This document shows, piece after piece, positions 39,401 to 51,881 of a stretch of 64,000 nt of DNA. Both the position numbers and the translations under genes were made by a program. How positions within the stretch are numbered: the first letter of the stretch is position 1; each line of letters starts with the position of its first letter. Below the pieces are notes generated by a model, which was not told the DNA's origin, ran no database searches, and was given only the letters and a program-made list of their open reading frames with translations. The DNA is taken from contig OZ316892.1 in assembly GCA_973895155.1 (NCBI GenBank), positions 28,668,307-28,732,306 on the forward strand, given 5' to 3'. This DNA comes from Marsupella aquatica. Taxonomy: Eukaryota > Plantae > Marchantiophyta.

Positions 39401-40538
39401 GCGATGGGCAAGGTTAGCAGATTCATGTCAAATCCAGGGAAGGTACATTGGGAAGCTGTGAAATGGATTCTTAGGTATCTGAAGGGAACACAAGACTATG
39501 GATTACTATTTGATAACAGATCAGATAGAACGTTAGTTGGCTATGTAGATTCTAACTAGGGAGGTTGTCTGGATACAAGGAGGTCTACAACTGGGTTTGT
39601 ATTTACTCTTGGAGGAGGATGTATCAGTTGGAAATCTACCTTGTAGAAGTGTATATCTCAGTCTATTACAGAAGCAAAGTATGTTGCAACAGCAGAAGCA
39701 ACAAAGGAAGCAATTTGGTTGGACAAGTTGATAGCGGAGATGGGTTTAGAGCATGACAAAATGTCTCTAAACTATGATAGTCAGAGTGCTCTTCACTTGG
39801 CTGCTAACCAGGTGATGGATAGCAGGGTGAAGCACATTGATATCAGGTACTATTTTATCAGGCAAGTAGTGTCTGATAAAACTTTTGAGCTAGTCAAGAT
39901 TGATGGAAAGCTCAATCCCGCTGATGCCTTTACCAAAGTGATTCCTTTGGAGAGTTTCTCAAGACATCGTGCTACTTTGTAGGTTTTGCAGTTGTAGTGC
40001 AAGTAGAGTTACTTAGCAATATGTGACTATTTGTATATGGATTACTCATTCCTGTTTGACTACGACTTAGTTCTAGTTAACCCTTGTGGTTTTTAGGGGG
40101 AGACCTGGTTTGGTGATTGTCTAGAACTTCCCGTTGAGGATTCCATATGGTAGCATTTAGTCCAGTCCCCAAGACAAGAGTCAAGGGGGAGTTTGTGAGA
40201 TATTGCTCTAGTCTTGTGACTCATGAGCTAACCACAGTTAGACTAACTCGGGTTAGGACTTAGCTAATGTTAGCGGTAGTGCTGTTGTGCATATAGCCAG
40301 GGCTGATGCCAGACCCTGGGTGGAACTTAGGCTCATTGTTACGGAGCTAGTTGAGAGATAGGGAGAGCTTGTGCTATGGATGTTTGGTATGGCCGGTCGG
40401 CCTAGAGTACAGTAAAGCTCTTGTGTGTTCCCGTGGACGTAGCCTCATGTGGAGGTGAACCACGTATCTCTCTGTGTCAACTCTTGTGCGTTGGATGGTT
40501 CATGGGCTTGCCGTTACAAATGTCGTCTATGCTTAACA
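36457..40538 (+). mobile_element. Ty1/copia LTR retrotransposon, gag-deleted and pseudogenized (LTRs 36457-36803 and 40194-40538)
   Basis: TG..CA LTRs; TSD GTTTG (36452-36456 and 40539-40543); PPT AAGGGGGAG (40183). Domain order is protease WILDSACTFH, integrase (IHSDVWGP, SDNGGEY), RT (KARLVAKGF, LYGLKQSPRQW, YVDDML), RNase H (KHIDIRY, ADAFTK). Stops and frameshifts throughout. Confidence 0.96.
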
Positions 40539-40924
40539 GTTTGTGTCGAGAAGTGACATTACTCTTCACACGAGGCTTCACACACAGAAACAACATAGAT
40601 CATTGGATTCAAAGCATCTAATGGTGTAAAAGTTCTTTTTGAGCTAAGAGACCACACGAGTATTCACACACAAAATGAATCTGGATGGTTGGATTCATAA
40701 CATCTAACGGTAGGAAAGCTCATTTTCAGTTGAGAGGCCACATGAACCTTCACACGAGTCTTCACACACAAAATCTATGCAGATGGTTCGATTCAAACCA
40801 TCTAATGGTTGGATATTTACAGGGTGACATGAATTTTTGACAGAATTTTCAGATTTACATAAGTCTCTAACTGGACCCGTAAAAATATAATTTTCACAAT
40901 CACATACACCCATAATTAGTTTAT

Positions 40925-43657
40925 TGTTAAGAGAGAATGAATCAAGAATGAATCAGATACCGATTAGGGGTCATGGTTCTGCTTTATATATATGTGTGTA
41001 CATGTATGGTTAAGGTATAACCATGGTATAGTGACTCTAGTCTAGTCTGGGGCTAGATGACTCATAACACTCCCCCTTGGCGACATAATGGGAATTATGA
41101 AGACAACCTAGACTAGTCCTAGAGTTAGACAAAAAAATGATATCATCATGCTTATAGATACACATGTTACGTCGACCGAAGAGGTGGACTGCCTCGTTAA
41201 AACCTTTAGCGGGGCTAGATTGAGGTAAAAAACAACTCTACTAGGGTAGTAGAGAAAAAAGTATATGACCCTAAAGGAAAAAGAGTACAGCCCGTCGATC
41301 CTCTTGGCGATAAAGGAAAATGCATTAGCAATAGGTGGAGTCATCAATCAGTAGATATCATGTGTTGTAAGTCAATCGCATGGTATGTAGGGTCGTCAAA
41401 GGTATTATTAAGATGCAACAGGAATTTCAATTGTCTCTAGAAGTTTGCAATATCTTAGATAAAGCCTGGCAACAAACAAATCAAGTTCATGTCCAATATA
41501 TTGAGGAGCTTAGGTTAGTAGCTGGAAAATCACATTGTGTTGTTCCCCCTCAAAGATGAAAGTGGTAGGATAGTATGTTGCTACATCTTGTGGTCGTAGG
41601 TTTGTGTTATCAAATGTCAAGTGTGGAATATAAATATAACTTCTACTCCTTGTAGGAGAATATAATTGGGTATTTGTATGTGATTTGTGTATATTACATG
41701 GATTTTATCCTATGTTGGATATGTATGGTTTGAACGATGTTATCTCCCCTCCAACATGAGGTTGAGGTACATGTACTATTTCCTTCTCAAGTTGAGTTTG
41801 AGGGATTTAACTATGGATGCATGTGCAGTGGGGCACATGGAGAAATCATGTATATTGAAAAGTTGTTTTCTCTTGTAGAACAGGGTGTGCCTTGTGAGAG
41901 AATATATAAATGAGAAAAAAAAAGTTTTCTCTTGTGTATTGTGCATCACCAAAGGATGTGTATTGTACATCACCAGTAGGTGGGTATAAATTTGCTTAAA
42001 ATGGCATCACCAGAGGGTGTGCATGATTTGTCTTAAAATGGGCACTCCTGCCTTGCACGTCTGCAATGTTTTGTGTTATTTTGACAAGAGTGTCATGGAG
42101 TGGCAAACTCCTGGTATAGCCAAGTATGGCCAAGTACAGAGGTACTTTCCATTGTAGTGTATGAGTTTGGTTTAAGTTTTTGAGTAAATAAGTTACTTAG
42201 AGAGACTGAAGTTTCTTCCCATTGATCTGCATAAAATGCATGTTATTTTCTCTTGAAATTGTCAGTGTGAGGAATATCTCTGAAATTTGGAACTCATCTA
42301 TAGGTAAGGTCCGATAGGAATGCCCACTGATCAAGAAAATGTAGGGGTTAGATTACGGGCTTTGCCCATTATCAAATCATCTCTACCTTTACCTTTGTTA
42401 GTCATGAAAAGTCCCTTATCTGAGTTCATTTGGATCTTATGAGATCAAATGATACTAGAAGGTGTATAAGTTCAAATGGTACTAGAAGGTGAATGAACCA
42501 AAATGACATTAGGAGGTGGGAGATAGTTATGGGTACAATGTGCTTTCCTCCCCTATGGTGGAAAGTGATATTAATGGTGTAACAACCATGTTATATGTAT
42601 ACAATGTGTATAAATGCTTGTAAACTCAACATGTGTATAGGTAGGTAATGTGTAAAGGCATAATATTCACATTTGTAAAATGAGAGTGTAAGCTTGTGAT
42701 TTAGGTTTATGTTAAGGATTACACATATATCTTAAAGTGATTTAAAAGCTTTGAAAAAGATGCTTTAAGTGATCTGATTCTTTTGTAAGTAAAAATGCTC
42801 TTTATAATGAGTTGCAAGTATGGGGGTTTTGCACTTATCAAGTTTCTCGAAAAGCCTGGTCCAAATTTTGCCGTTTTGGGCTTGTGCATCGATTCTCCCC
42901 CTTGTGCATGCCTTCGCGGCTGCATCGGTGATCACTGTGTTGTCTTCTCATGAGGTTTCCATCCCTCAAATTTCCTTCAGTCCTTTTCACCCTCTGGTTG
43001 TTGAGCCCTAATTCAACGTTCGTTCTCTATAGGGTGTGGTGCCTTTTCAGATCTCACCTTGATTGAAATTTTGTTGATTGTGCTCTGCCTCTATTCAATC
43101 AGGTCTCTTTGATTGGATTGAGTGACTCCAACCCAAGCTTTATCCTTGTTTCTCTATGGACTTTGCGCCTCGCTTTGCGTTGCAGTGTTTCTTCTCCTCC
43201 TTCCATAAATCATGCTGCGTACTTTCAATCTTGCATTTCAGAATCAATTCCTCTAAAGCTTTAATGATCCCACAAGGGTCAATCCAGGGGTTTGACTCTT
43301 TGTCTGATCAGCTTCTCCTTCTGATTTTGTTTCTTCTAATTTCTTGGGAGTTAGTTTCTCAGAGAGGATCTCCATCAATTTCCAACACCAGGTTGACATA
43401 GACTCTCAAATGAAGGTTTCCTTGAAGGGATTTTGTCTTGGGATTCCCTCAAGTGTCTAATTTTTGTCACTTGTCGAATCCCTAAAAAAAGTTCAAGTGC
43501 TCAGCTTTCGAGAGTCGTGCTGATAACGTGTTAAGAGAGAATGAATCAGACACTGATTAGGGGTCACGATTCTGCTTTATATATATGTGTGTACATGTAT
43601 GGTTAAGGTATAACCATGGTATAGTGACTCTAGTCTAGGGCTAGATGACTCATAACA
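40925..43657 (-). mobile_element. Non-autonomous LTR retroelement with short LTRs (40925-41069, 43529-43657)
   Basis: Near-identical TGTTAAGAGAG...CTCATAACA repeats; TSD TTTAT on both sides. Minus-strand PPT AGGGGGAG (41070-41077) and PBS-like CGTTATCAGCACG (43516-43528). No intact ORF. Confidence 0.88.
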
Positions 43658-44199
43658 TTTATTTCATATTCCTAATTTTACATGTATTTCCTTTTAGATA
43701 AATAGGCTTTTAACATGTAATGATTGAGTACCTCTATTAAATATACTTGTGTACCAAAATGTCTTGGTGTACTTAACTTTTACCCCTTCTGTCTCCCCTT
43801 ATAATTATTATTGTCCCTCATAATTATTATCACCTACGTACCCTAAGGTACTATTTGCTTTGGTGGACACTTAGTTTTAGCTGATCAAAGGCTAGAATTA
43901 AACCTAAGATAAATCCAATGGTCAGGCTTTGTTCCCACCAAATTTGAGTTTTGAGTTTGTAAAGGGACGACTAACTACTTTTGGCGGGCTCTTTATTATA
44001 GTTGTAGATTAGCCCCAAGTGAAACCATGGAATGGAACCCCTAGTTTTTTTTCGCTTGTATGTGTATAAGGTTATGAGGCTTTAGCACAGGGTGAAACTT
44101 TAGCCCGGGTGAAGCCAGGGAACCCTAGGCAAGGCCAAGGATCATGAAATTTTAATGAGAAATAGATTAAAATGCAAGTGGCACACTACTTTTCTGACT

Positions 44200-44630
44200 T
44201 TACACGGCTCTGCAACTCATCCCCATTGGCGGATAATCGAATACTTTGAAAGTTATACTTTCTAAAAATTCACCGAGGCTTACGCTGCTCTGTCACTCAT
44301 CCCCATTTGGGAATAATGGAATACTTTGTAAAAATTCACGCAGGCGCTTTACTCTCTGTAACTCATCCCCACTTGGGGATAACGGCTGTAAGCTTTACAC
44401 TGTAACATCCCCACTTGGGGATAATGGCTGTAAGCTTTACTCTCTGTACTCATCCCCACTTGGGGATAATGGCTGTAAGCTTTACTTCTCTGTAACTCAT
44501 CCCCAAGTCGCTGTTCTGTCACTCATCTCCATTTGGGGATAATGGAATACTTAGTAAAAATTCACGCAGGCGCTTTACTCTCTGTAACATGGTTGTAAGC
44601 TTTACTATCTGTAACTCATCCTCACTTGCG
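44200..44630. repeat. Tandem repeats with palindromic core ACTCATCCCCACTTGGGGATAATGG, part of the element hosting the Helitron
   Basis: About 8 degenerate units, related to the 24280-24900 array. Confidence 0.8.
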
Positions 44631-44679
44631 GACTAAACCCTTCCTAAGTTTCAGCTCACGACACAAACAATCGTTCATA

Positions 44680-45200
44680 AACGGCATTGTCTGTTGTGAC
44701 GTTGCTTGCCCGCGTTGTTTGACAAATGACAGTGGCAAGACTTTCCTCACATGTCTCGATTACAAGGGGAGCGAGGGAAACCAGGTGCTTACCATGCAGA
44801 TTAGGATGAGGTAAGTGGCACAGCATCCACCAGATAGGGAAGGGCATCAATTCATGGACGAGCGCTGAGCCCAATCTTTGAAGAGAAAAAATCACAGTAT
44901 GTGGCTGCAATGCTCGTCGAAATCCCCAGTTTTCACTATTGAATGGTGCATACACGGCATTGCCTGTTCTGACGTTGCTTGACAAATGACAGTGGCAAGT
45001 CTTTTTTCACATGTCTCTATTACAATGTGAGCGAGGGAACCAGGAGATTACCATACATATTAGGTAAGTGGCACAGCATCCACCAGATAAGGGTATCAAT
45101 TCACGGACGAGTGCTGAGCCCAATCTTTGAGCTGGAATAATCTTAGTATGTGGCCACAATGCACGTCGAAATCCCCAGTTTCACAATTGAATGGCATCAG
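44680..45200. repeat. Diverged tandem duplication, unit about 270 bp
   Basis: ACGGCATTG.CTGTT.TGACGTTGCTTG..TGACAAATGACAGTGGCAAG..GTAAGTGGCACAGCATCCACCAGATA..CGAAATCCCCAGTTT occurs twice. Confidence 0.85.
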
Positions 45201-46185
45201 TGTGCAGTCTCAGCACATCCTGACATTGCCCAAGTTGGAGGTGAGCGGAAGTCATGTTGCTATGCAGGGTAGCCAGCACATCAACCCCAGCGACATACAA
45301 GCGGCTGCAAGAACGTTATTCAGAAAGAGCGACCAATGAATTCAATAAGGGACATTGTTGACTGACAAGCATCCATTCCTCTACATATATATTGTCGACA
45401 ATCATTGATCCTCCCAAACTCGACCTAGGAATACGACGAAGCAAGGAGAAGCAAGGAGAAGCAAGGAGAAGCAAATCTCGATCGATCCGACCGTTTCGAT
45501 CACAGGGCTCAGGTTATCCCTGACTGCATGACTAAGGTAGTTTGCTAGTGCTGGGGGACCGATCGACGAAGCAAGGCGAAGCAAGGTGAAGCAAGGATCG
45601 ATCGATCCCACCGTTTCACAGGGCTCAGGTTATCGCTGACTGCATGACTAAGGTAGTTTGCAAGTGCCTGGAACGTTCATATGAGCAAAACCAATCGATT
45701 CTTCAAGAAGATGACTTGGCCTAGATGACATGAACGGACAGTCTCTTGTCCGTCAACGACGCAATCAAGTTCCCAGCACACCGGACACAGAATATCAGTA
45801 AGGAACATCCACTGCGGACAGGCTTTGTTTGCTCACCCTTGCACGGGAGCAAACTACATGTCCTAGGGAGTTCACAGAATTTCTTGTTGCACGCTGAAAG
45901 ATGCCTTCGAGTGCAAAACCAACCTCTAGAGCTGAATACGCACGCACTGTAAACTACTGTGCACACGTTTCCCGCTTCCTATCAGTTCTATCGAGTTCAG
46001 GATGGAGCAATTGACGAACGTCACGTGAATCACAACAGAACCAACATTGCGAACAGAACTGTGAACGTTGCAGAGTCCCGATCTCCCACAAATTGCCAGG
46101 AAAGATTATAGAATGGAAAGGTTACCATAGGTATAAGCAAACTCGATGGCAACTCATCATTTTCCCAGACTTTTTTTTTCTCGCC

Positions 46186-47106
46186 TTATTCTCTAGGTCT
46201 CTTCTTCTTCGTCAATCGTTTGCAATGTTGGCATTTGCTAGCCTGCGGTATTGGCCACTGCCCCCATCCCCATTGATGTGCAGTCTTGCCCTTTCGAACA
46301 TTCAAGGTGTCAACCCCTTTGAAATATGGTTCTAGGTCATGGTATGTAAAACCCGGATCCCCTGACTTCCAGTATACATGTCGAATGGACACGTCGTCTT
46401 CCCCTTCTTCTTCGAATTCTTTATTCAGCTCTTTCACAATCGGAAACATCTCCTTCATCTTCGCCTGCGTCTTGGGGTCACTCCCATCCAAGGCACCTCC
46501 ATTATGAAGTAGAATCTCAACATAGTTACCGTACATAAAGTGGCGAAGCTGCATAAGATCACCCAGATTCTCGGTCAGCTCCCCCTTGTCGATGTTGTAC
46601 TTCATATATCGAGAGTGTTCCAGATCGATTGAAACCGAAATGCTTAGAACCAGATATGCGATATTAGTTGGTGTTGCGGCGAAGGGATCAAACAAAAACT
46701 CACCGAGCAAATGTAAGGGGACCTCAAACTTGTTCATCCCGTAATACACCTTTCGCGCTCCTCTCACAATCTTTTGACCAGCAGCATCGTCGCCCATGTA
46801 CGATACCTGCCTCAGTACGTTCCCTACAGCAAGCTTAGGATTCAAGTAATGATAGGACTTGCTGTAATTGTGAACTTGAACAGTTTCGTTTCTTAACACG
46901 AGATGCTGCTTATAAACCTCGACACGTTCCTCCCGTGACAGCTGTACAAATTGGGCTGGGGTCAAGCCCTTGAGCATCTGTCGAACGTCAATATTTTCCT
47001 CGGCTTGATCTGCTTCGAGTTGTCCCAGCAGTACAAGACCAAAAGTTGCTTGGCAGGCTTCCAACCCTTTCAGCGGAGCTTCTCTATTGGAATTCATGGC
47101 TGACAT
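46186..47106 (-). CDS. Intronless hypothetical protein (about 306 aa), possibly of fungal type
   Basis: Long uninterrupted ORF with globular composition. KIVRGARKVYYGMNKFEV fits the IxxEAxxxYYxxNxF pattern of ascomycete hypothetical proteins (from memory). First ATG at 47106. Confidence 0.65.
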   Translation of the reverse strand: MSAMNSNREAPLKGLEACQATFGLVLLGQLEADQAEENIDVRQMLKGLTPAQFVQLSREERVEVYKQHLVLRNETVQVHNYSKSYHYLNPKLAVGNVLRQVSYMGDDAAGQKIVRGARKVYYGMNKFEVPLHLLGEFLFDPFAATPTNIAYLVLSISVSIDLEHSRYMKYNIDKGELTENLGDLMQLRHFMYGNYVEILLHNGGALDGSDPKTQAKMKEMFPIVKELNKEFEEEGEDDVSIRHVYWKSGDPGFTYHDLEPYFKGVDTLNVRKGKTAHQWGWGQWPIPQASKCQHCKRLTKKKRPRE

Positions 47107-47432
47107 CGCTTTCACAGTGCCTGAACTGCTTGGATTGCAAGCTCCCTAGCTCTAGCTAAGGTGAGGAGAGCTTGGATGGAATGAATACGACAAGTCTACA
47201 AGAAGCACCGAAGGCAGCGAAATTTCAGAACCTACGCTCCCCAGTAAGGGTGAAAGCATTGTGACAAGTCCGATAATGCTCTTCCTTTCGGCTACGTAGA
47301 TTAACAAGTGCACCGACGCAGGAATCACAGAACCTGCGCACCAGTAAGGTTGAATGCATTCTGACAAGAAAAGGAATTTCTTTTCGGCTGCGTAGCCGAT
47401 TCAATAAAGGCACCCACGATTGAATGAATTAC

Positions 47433-48111
47433 CCCGGTTTGACCTTGCCCGTCAAACTGGCCAAAAATCGTCGGCAAATCGGCAACCCGGCACCCGGGTT
47501 CGGGAGCAGTCCGGGCCGGGACAAGTTCGGGAGACATTCGGGCCGAGTTCGGGCGAGGTTTGGGGGAGGTCGGGGGAGTTCGGGGGAGTTCAGGCGAGGG
47601 GGAGTTCGGGTTCGGGGGAGTCTGGGCCGGGTTCGGGGGAGTTTGGGCAAGGTTCGGGGGACCGGGAGTTCAGGGTAGGTCGGGGGAGTTCGGGGGAGGG
47701 TCGGGGGTGTTTCGGGGGAGTTTCAGGGGAGTTCGGGGGAGGGTCGGGGGAGTTTCGGGGGAGTTCGGGGGAGGGTCGGGGGAGTTCGGGGGAGTTCGGG
47801 AAGGGTCCGGGTTCGGGTCCGGGGGAGTCCGGGACTCTAAACCCCGCCCTCCTTCCCCCAGCCCTGACCCCAGACCCGGCCCCGGCTGGCTGCCACCCCG
47901 AACCGGGGTCCGGGGGAGTCCGGGTTCGGGTCTGGGGGAGTCCGGGAAGGGTCTGGGTGAGTTCGGGAGGAGTCCGGGAAGGGTCCGGGGGAGTCCGGGT
48001 GAGTTCGGGAGAATATTGTGGAATATCCGTCAAATTGGTCATTTTCGAGCCGTCATTTGACAGTTTGACGTGCCCGGCAAGCCGTCAACTTGCCCGTCAA
48101 GTTAAACCGGG
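47433..48111. mobile_element. Non-autonomous TIR element with an extremely G-rich core
   Basis: TIR CCCGGTTT(G/A)AC; perfect 8-bp TSD TGAATTAC (47425-47432 and 48112-48119); subterminal CCGTCAA motifs; core of GGGGAGTTCGGG repeats. Confidence 0.85.
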
Positions 48112-51100
48112 TGAATTACAGAACAAACCGTCGATACGCAACAAATTGCTGTAGAGAGTATTTTCTACCCCTTCAAAGTATTTGGCAGTATTAATTACCT
48201 CGGGATCCGTTTCAGAAACAGATTCTCAACTGCGCTTTTACACTAGTGCTGGCGACACCGCGCAGGAGTAAATGAATAAATACTTTTATCAGTGCGCTCA
48301 GTGATACATATCATAGTCTTTCACTCTGAGCAGATGAGATGCAGAAATACTAACCAGTATGTATTTTTGAGTGATGAGTATGAGTAGTTTTGTGAGCATT
48401 CAATGATGAGTATTCTTGTACCTGCGGGTGTTATGGACCGAAGCCCGAAGGAATCCATAACACCTTACAGGAAATCCCCTTACAATTAAATCGCGCCGCG
48501 GTGTCATTAAGCACTACGGGTTCGTAAGATTTGGCAGTACTGCCCTCGGGATCCATTTTAGATCAAGGAGCTGCTCCACTTATTACTGCCCCGAACCAGG
48601 ACAGGGAGTACCGGCCTCAACGCCGCGACGGCGCGACTATCACAACTCGAGGCAGTCTCCAGACCACTCTTAAATAGTTTAATCGGCCATCGTTGTCAGC
48701 TTGCAACCATTCCCAATCAAAATTCAATAAAGTACGAGCTCCTTCACTTGCAGGACCTATTCGATCAACAGCAAAGTTCATTCTAGTTTGCCTGTCTAGA
48801 AACAATAATAGCTAGTGGTCTCGCTCCGACATCAAAATCGAAGCTCCTCTCACAGACCACTCCAACTTGGTGTGCTTTTGGGGTGAAGAACTGTCCGTCC
48901 CATGATGCTTGCTGCTCAATCCCGTGTCATCCCGCCCAGTCTTTCTTGGTAAACCCTTCGTTCAGAATCGATTCTTGGAGAGTCGCTCAATACAGAGTCT
49001 AGTGCTCCACTCTTCTGCTCGGATCGATCAATCAACACATCGTGCCAGCCCGCGTGCAAGATAGACTCAATGAAAAGTTCCTTTCAAACAATTACTATCT
49101 GACTCCCATATATAAATTCACAGTGTTCTTCATAAGCCATTTCTTCAAGACGAGTTTCGGTCTAGGAAATTTAGAGGAGTCCTGTAGATCAATCAAGCAG
49201 GTTTATTATGGTGATGATATATAGTTGGAGCAATGAAAAGTTCCATACGATGAGATAGCTATTTCCCATATATTCAAAGTTGTTCTTCATGTGCCATTAT
49301 TCATAACAAAAGTTTCGGTCGACATTGAGAGTACTGTAGATCGATCGAGCAGGTTAGTAATCGTGATGACTAGTTGATAATAATCACGCGTGCATGGTGA
49401 TGGAAGAGGAGAGGGGTTGGGTTTCACCTGCGGCTGCGACGGAAGTCTTGCTCCCCCGAAAGGATAGGATACAAGTAAGGGAGGGGACACTTTCCAAAGG
49501 CATTGAAGTCAGCCCCTGCTAGAGTTTCCGCCAGATTTTGTAACAAAATTGAGATTTCTGCACAAAGCTGCAATCACTACATGTCCTGATAGAGTTTACA
49601 GACGTTCTTGTTTCGCGATGAAAGACGCCTTCGAGTGCAAAATCACCCTCTTATGCTGAATGCGCACGTACTGTAAACTATCGTGCACAAATTAGAATCT
49701 CAATATAGTCAGCGTCCTTCAACTTGAGAAGCAGCCTAAGCTGCCTAAGATCACGCACAGTCTCGGTCCCCTGCTGTTCTCCCCTGTCCATGCTCTGGTC
49801 ACTGCTATGTCCATGCTCCGGTCACTGCTGTCTTCAAACCAGTCCATGCTGCTGTAATTGCTATCTTCAACCTCGTCGAGTAGGCTGATCTTGGCTTGAA
49901 ATGATCTAGTCTGGTATCACAAAAATTCATTCAAAGTTGAGAGAAACTGCTCCACTCCCACATGACAATCCGTTACTTCTCGACTGGGTTTACACTCCCA
50001 AATCATTTAGCTTCCCTCTTCAATTTATGAATGCCCGCTCATTGCCACACGGAGGCACAGAGGTATGCTCATTATGAACACAAACAGAATCCAACTTCAG
50101 CCGCAGGTGAAGTATTCACATTGCAATCACATATTTGACAATCCATACCGTCGAATCTCGTGGAGGAATTTACGAGCATCCGTTTTCATGAACTGCGAAA
50201 TCACGAAAACAAGGAGAAACCAGGCAACAATCACATGCGATCAGACGGGACCCTCTGACAATTCAGTCGCTATGGTTTATAAGACGCTAGGTCAATTCAC
50301 AAAGAATACAAATCTCAGCTACAATATGTGAGTGGAATGATCGGACCATTCACCCCTTCTTTAAATGTGTCCTTAACACTGCAAGAGACCTACGTAAGAA
50401 TACCAAGTTGTTGTCCCATTCGCGTGAATGATCTGGTAGCACTAATCATCCGATCTATGTGTTATAGGAATTGCAAAACGGCTTCACATAAATACATAAA
50501 AGTTCCCATCCGTCCAAGAGAAACGAAACGGACGATTATATGGTCAATTTTCCAAGTCTATTCTCCACGATCATAGTTAACCTCGGGGCAAGATCCAAGT
50601 ATAAAAACTTTGATTCTCGAAGAGCACTGCTTGACAGTACATGATTGAATCCCCTCCATGAGAGAAGAGATAATCAAACCCCATCTCAAACTCACTTTGA
50701 TGTCTACTTGTGTGGAGTATGAGGAACACCCCGTATGATCAATAGTGAGGAGACTCGATATTTCCCAAGTGAGCAAGTTCTCCAGGTGCTAACAGACGTA
50801 CGAAGCTGCCCCAGAGAGCAATCCACCTTGACGCAATAGATAGCCTGTTCGAGTTACCCAACCTGATCGTCAGCGCTCTCAAGGTGGGCATCAGTAATCA
50901 GGCACCTTTTGAGGCAGTGGACGATTATCAAATTAAGGCCCACACAGAAATTAGATCTTGTTTTGTACCTTAAACAAAACACCACTTGGCAAAGCATGAA
51001 GCCAGCAGTGGGGAAAAGGGCGCTGCAACTGATTGGTCACACTGAGATCAAATCAAGGAATCAGAGAACTGGAAAAAGAAGTGACTAGGGAACAGGAGTC

Positions 51101-51306
51101 CATCCCGCCTATCTAAACTAAACAAATGTGATGTTGATAGCAGGGCAAGTCCCAATCTAAACTGGGAGTCAGCTGATGGAAAAAAAGAAGCATCAAGTGA
51201 CTCCTGATGGAAAAAAAGAAGCATCAAGTGACTCCTGACAGAACTGGTGGCAGCCCCTAAATGAGTGAGACTTACCTCTGAGTGAGACAATCCTGAGTAA
51301 TCTAGG

Positions 51307-51498
51307 GTTTTCCGTGGAATGGTTTTTCTTTTATATAATTTTAACCGTGAAAGCCCCACGGAAAGGGGAAACAAGCAGCCCACAAAAGGAACACAGAGGG
51401 GAAACGCAACCAATACCCCTCCAGGGGCCAGAGACCCACAACCAAACACCCCCAAAACTCCAAGACTCACAGCCGGGCCACAGCGGCCGGGCCCTAAG
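51307..51498 (-). mobile_element. Short retroposed insertion (probable LINE 3'UTR or SINE fragment)
   Basis: 12-bp direct repeat GAGTAATCTAGG at 51295-51306 and 51499-51510. Composition resembles the 3'UTR of the CRE-like element. Confidence 0.6.
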
Positions 51499-51552
51499 GA
51501 GTAATCTAGGATTTTGAAAGGCAAGGCACCAAACCTTCCAGCCCTTCACCGT

Positions 51553-51881
51553 TTTTTGCTTTAAAAACCAAAAGTAAACCCATCCAAGAGAGTATAGATG
51601 TTCTACTTTGGACTATGCTCCACTTTAGGGTAGCCCACAAGGGGGAAGGACACCCAGGGATTCAACACGGACCCAGATCAGGAGGGAAACAGGGTTGAAC
51701 CAGGGCCACAAAGCGACCTAGCCAGGGGCTGAGGAGAAACCAGGACTCCCACCACTACACCCCACCCAAACATACACACACATACCCTCCACAGTCACCT
51801 CTTGCGTGTGGAAGGAGGATTGACCCTCGGACCTCTCGATTCTAGGCTCATGCCTTGGCCAACTGACCAAAGCCAGCTGGT
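51553..51881 (-). mobile_element. tRNA-derived SINE
   Basis: Minus-strand head with A-box-like TGGTCAGTTGG and B-box-like GGGTCAATCC; short A tail; imperfect TSD TTCAC(C/T)GT (51545-51552 and 51882-51889). Confidence 0.6.

Larger units (their letters stand above)
32093..44008 (-). mobile_element. Non-autonomous Helitron (about 11.9 kb including nested insertions)
   Basis: Minus-strand 5' end TCTACAACTATAATAAAG (44008); 3' hairpin CGTGCAACGCACG followed by CTAG (32093). Inserted at A|T with no TSD. Removing it restores TTATGAGGCA|TTAGCCCC, which matches the uninterrupted copy TTATGAGGCATTTGCCCC at about 23656. Confidence 0.85.

Noticed and set aside
45127-45339. INPSDIQAAARTL, similar to histone-fold or DREB-type motifs
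   Set aside because: Too short, with no flanking domain sequence.
45860-45965. Segment repeated at about 49590-49690 (possible LTR pair)
   Set aside because: No TG..CA ends, TSD, PBS or PPT found; treated as a diverged dispersed duplicate.
47420-48154. Gly-rich and Pro-rich ORFs in several frames
   Set aside because: They are by-products of the G-rich repeat inside a TIR/TSD-bounded element.
48370-48480. Possible hammerhead ribozyme (TGATGAG...GAAA near a hairpin)
   Set aside because: The CTGANGA core and the three-stem arrangement are absent.
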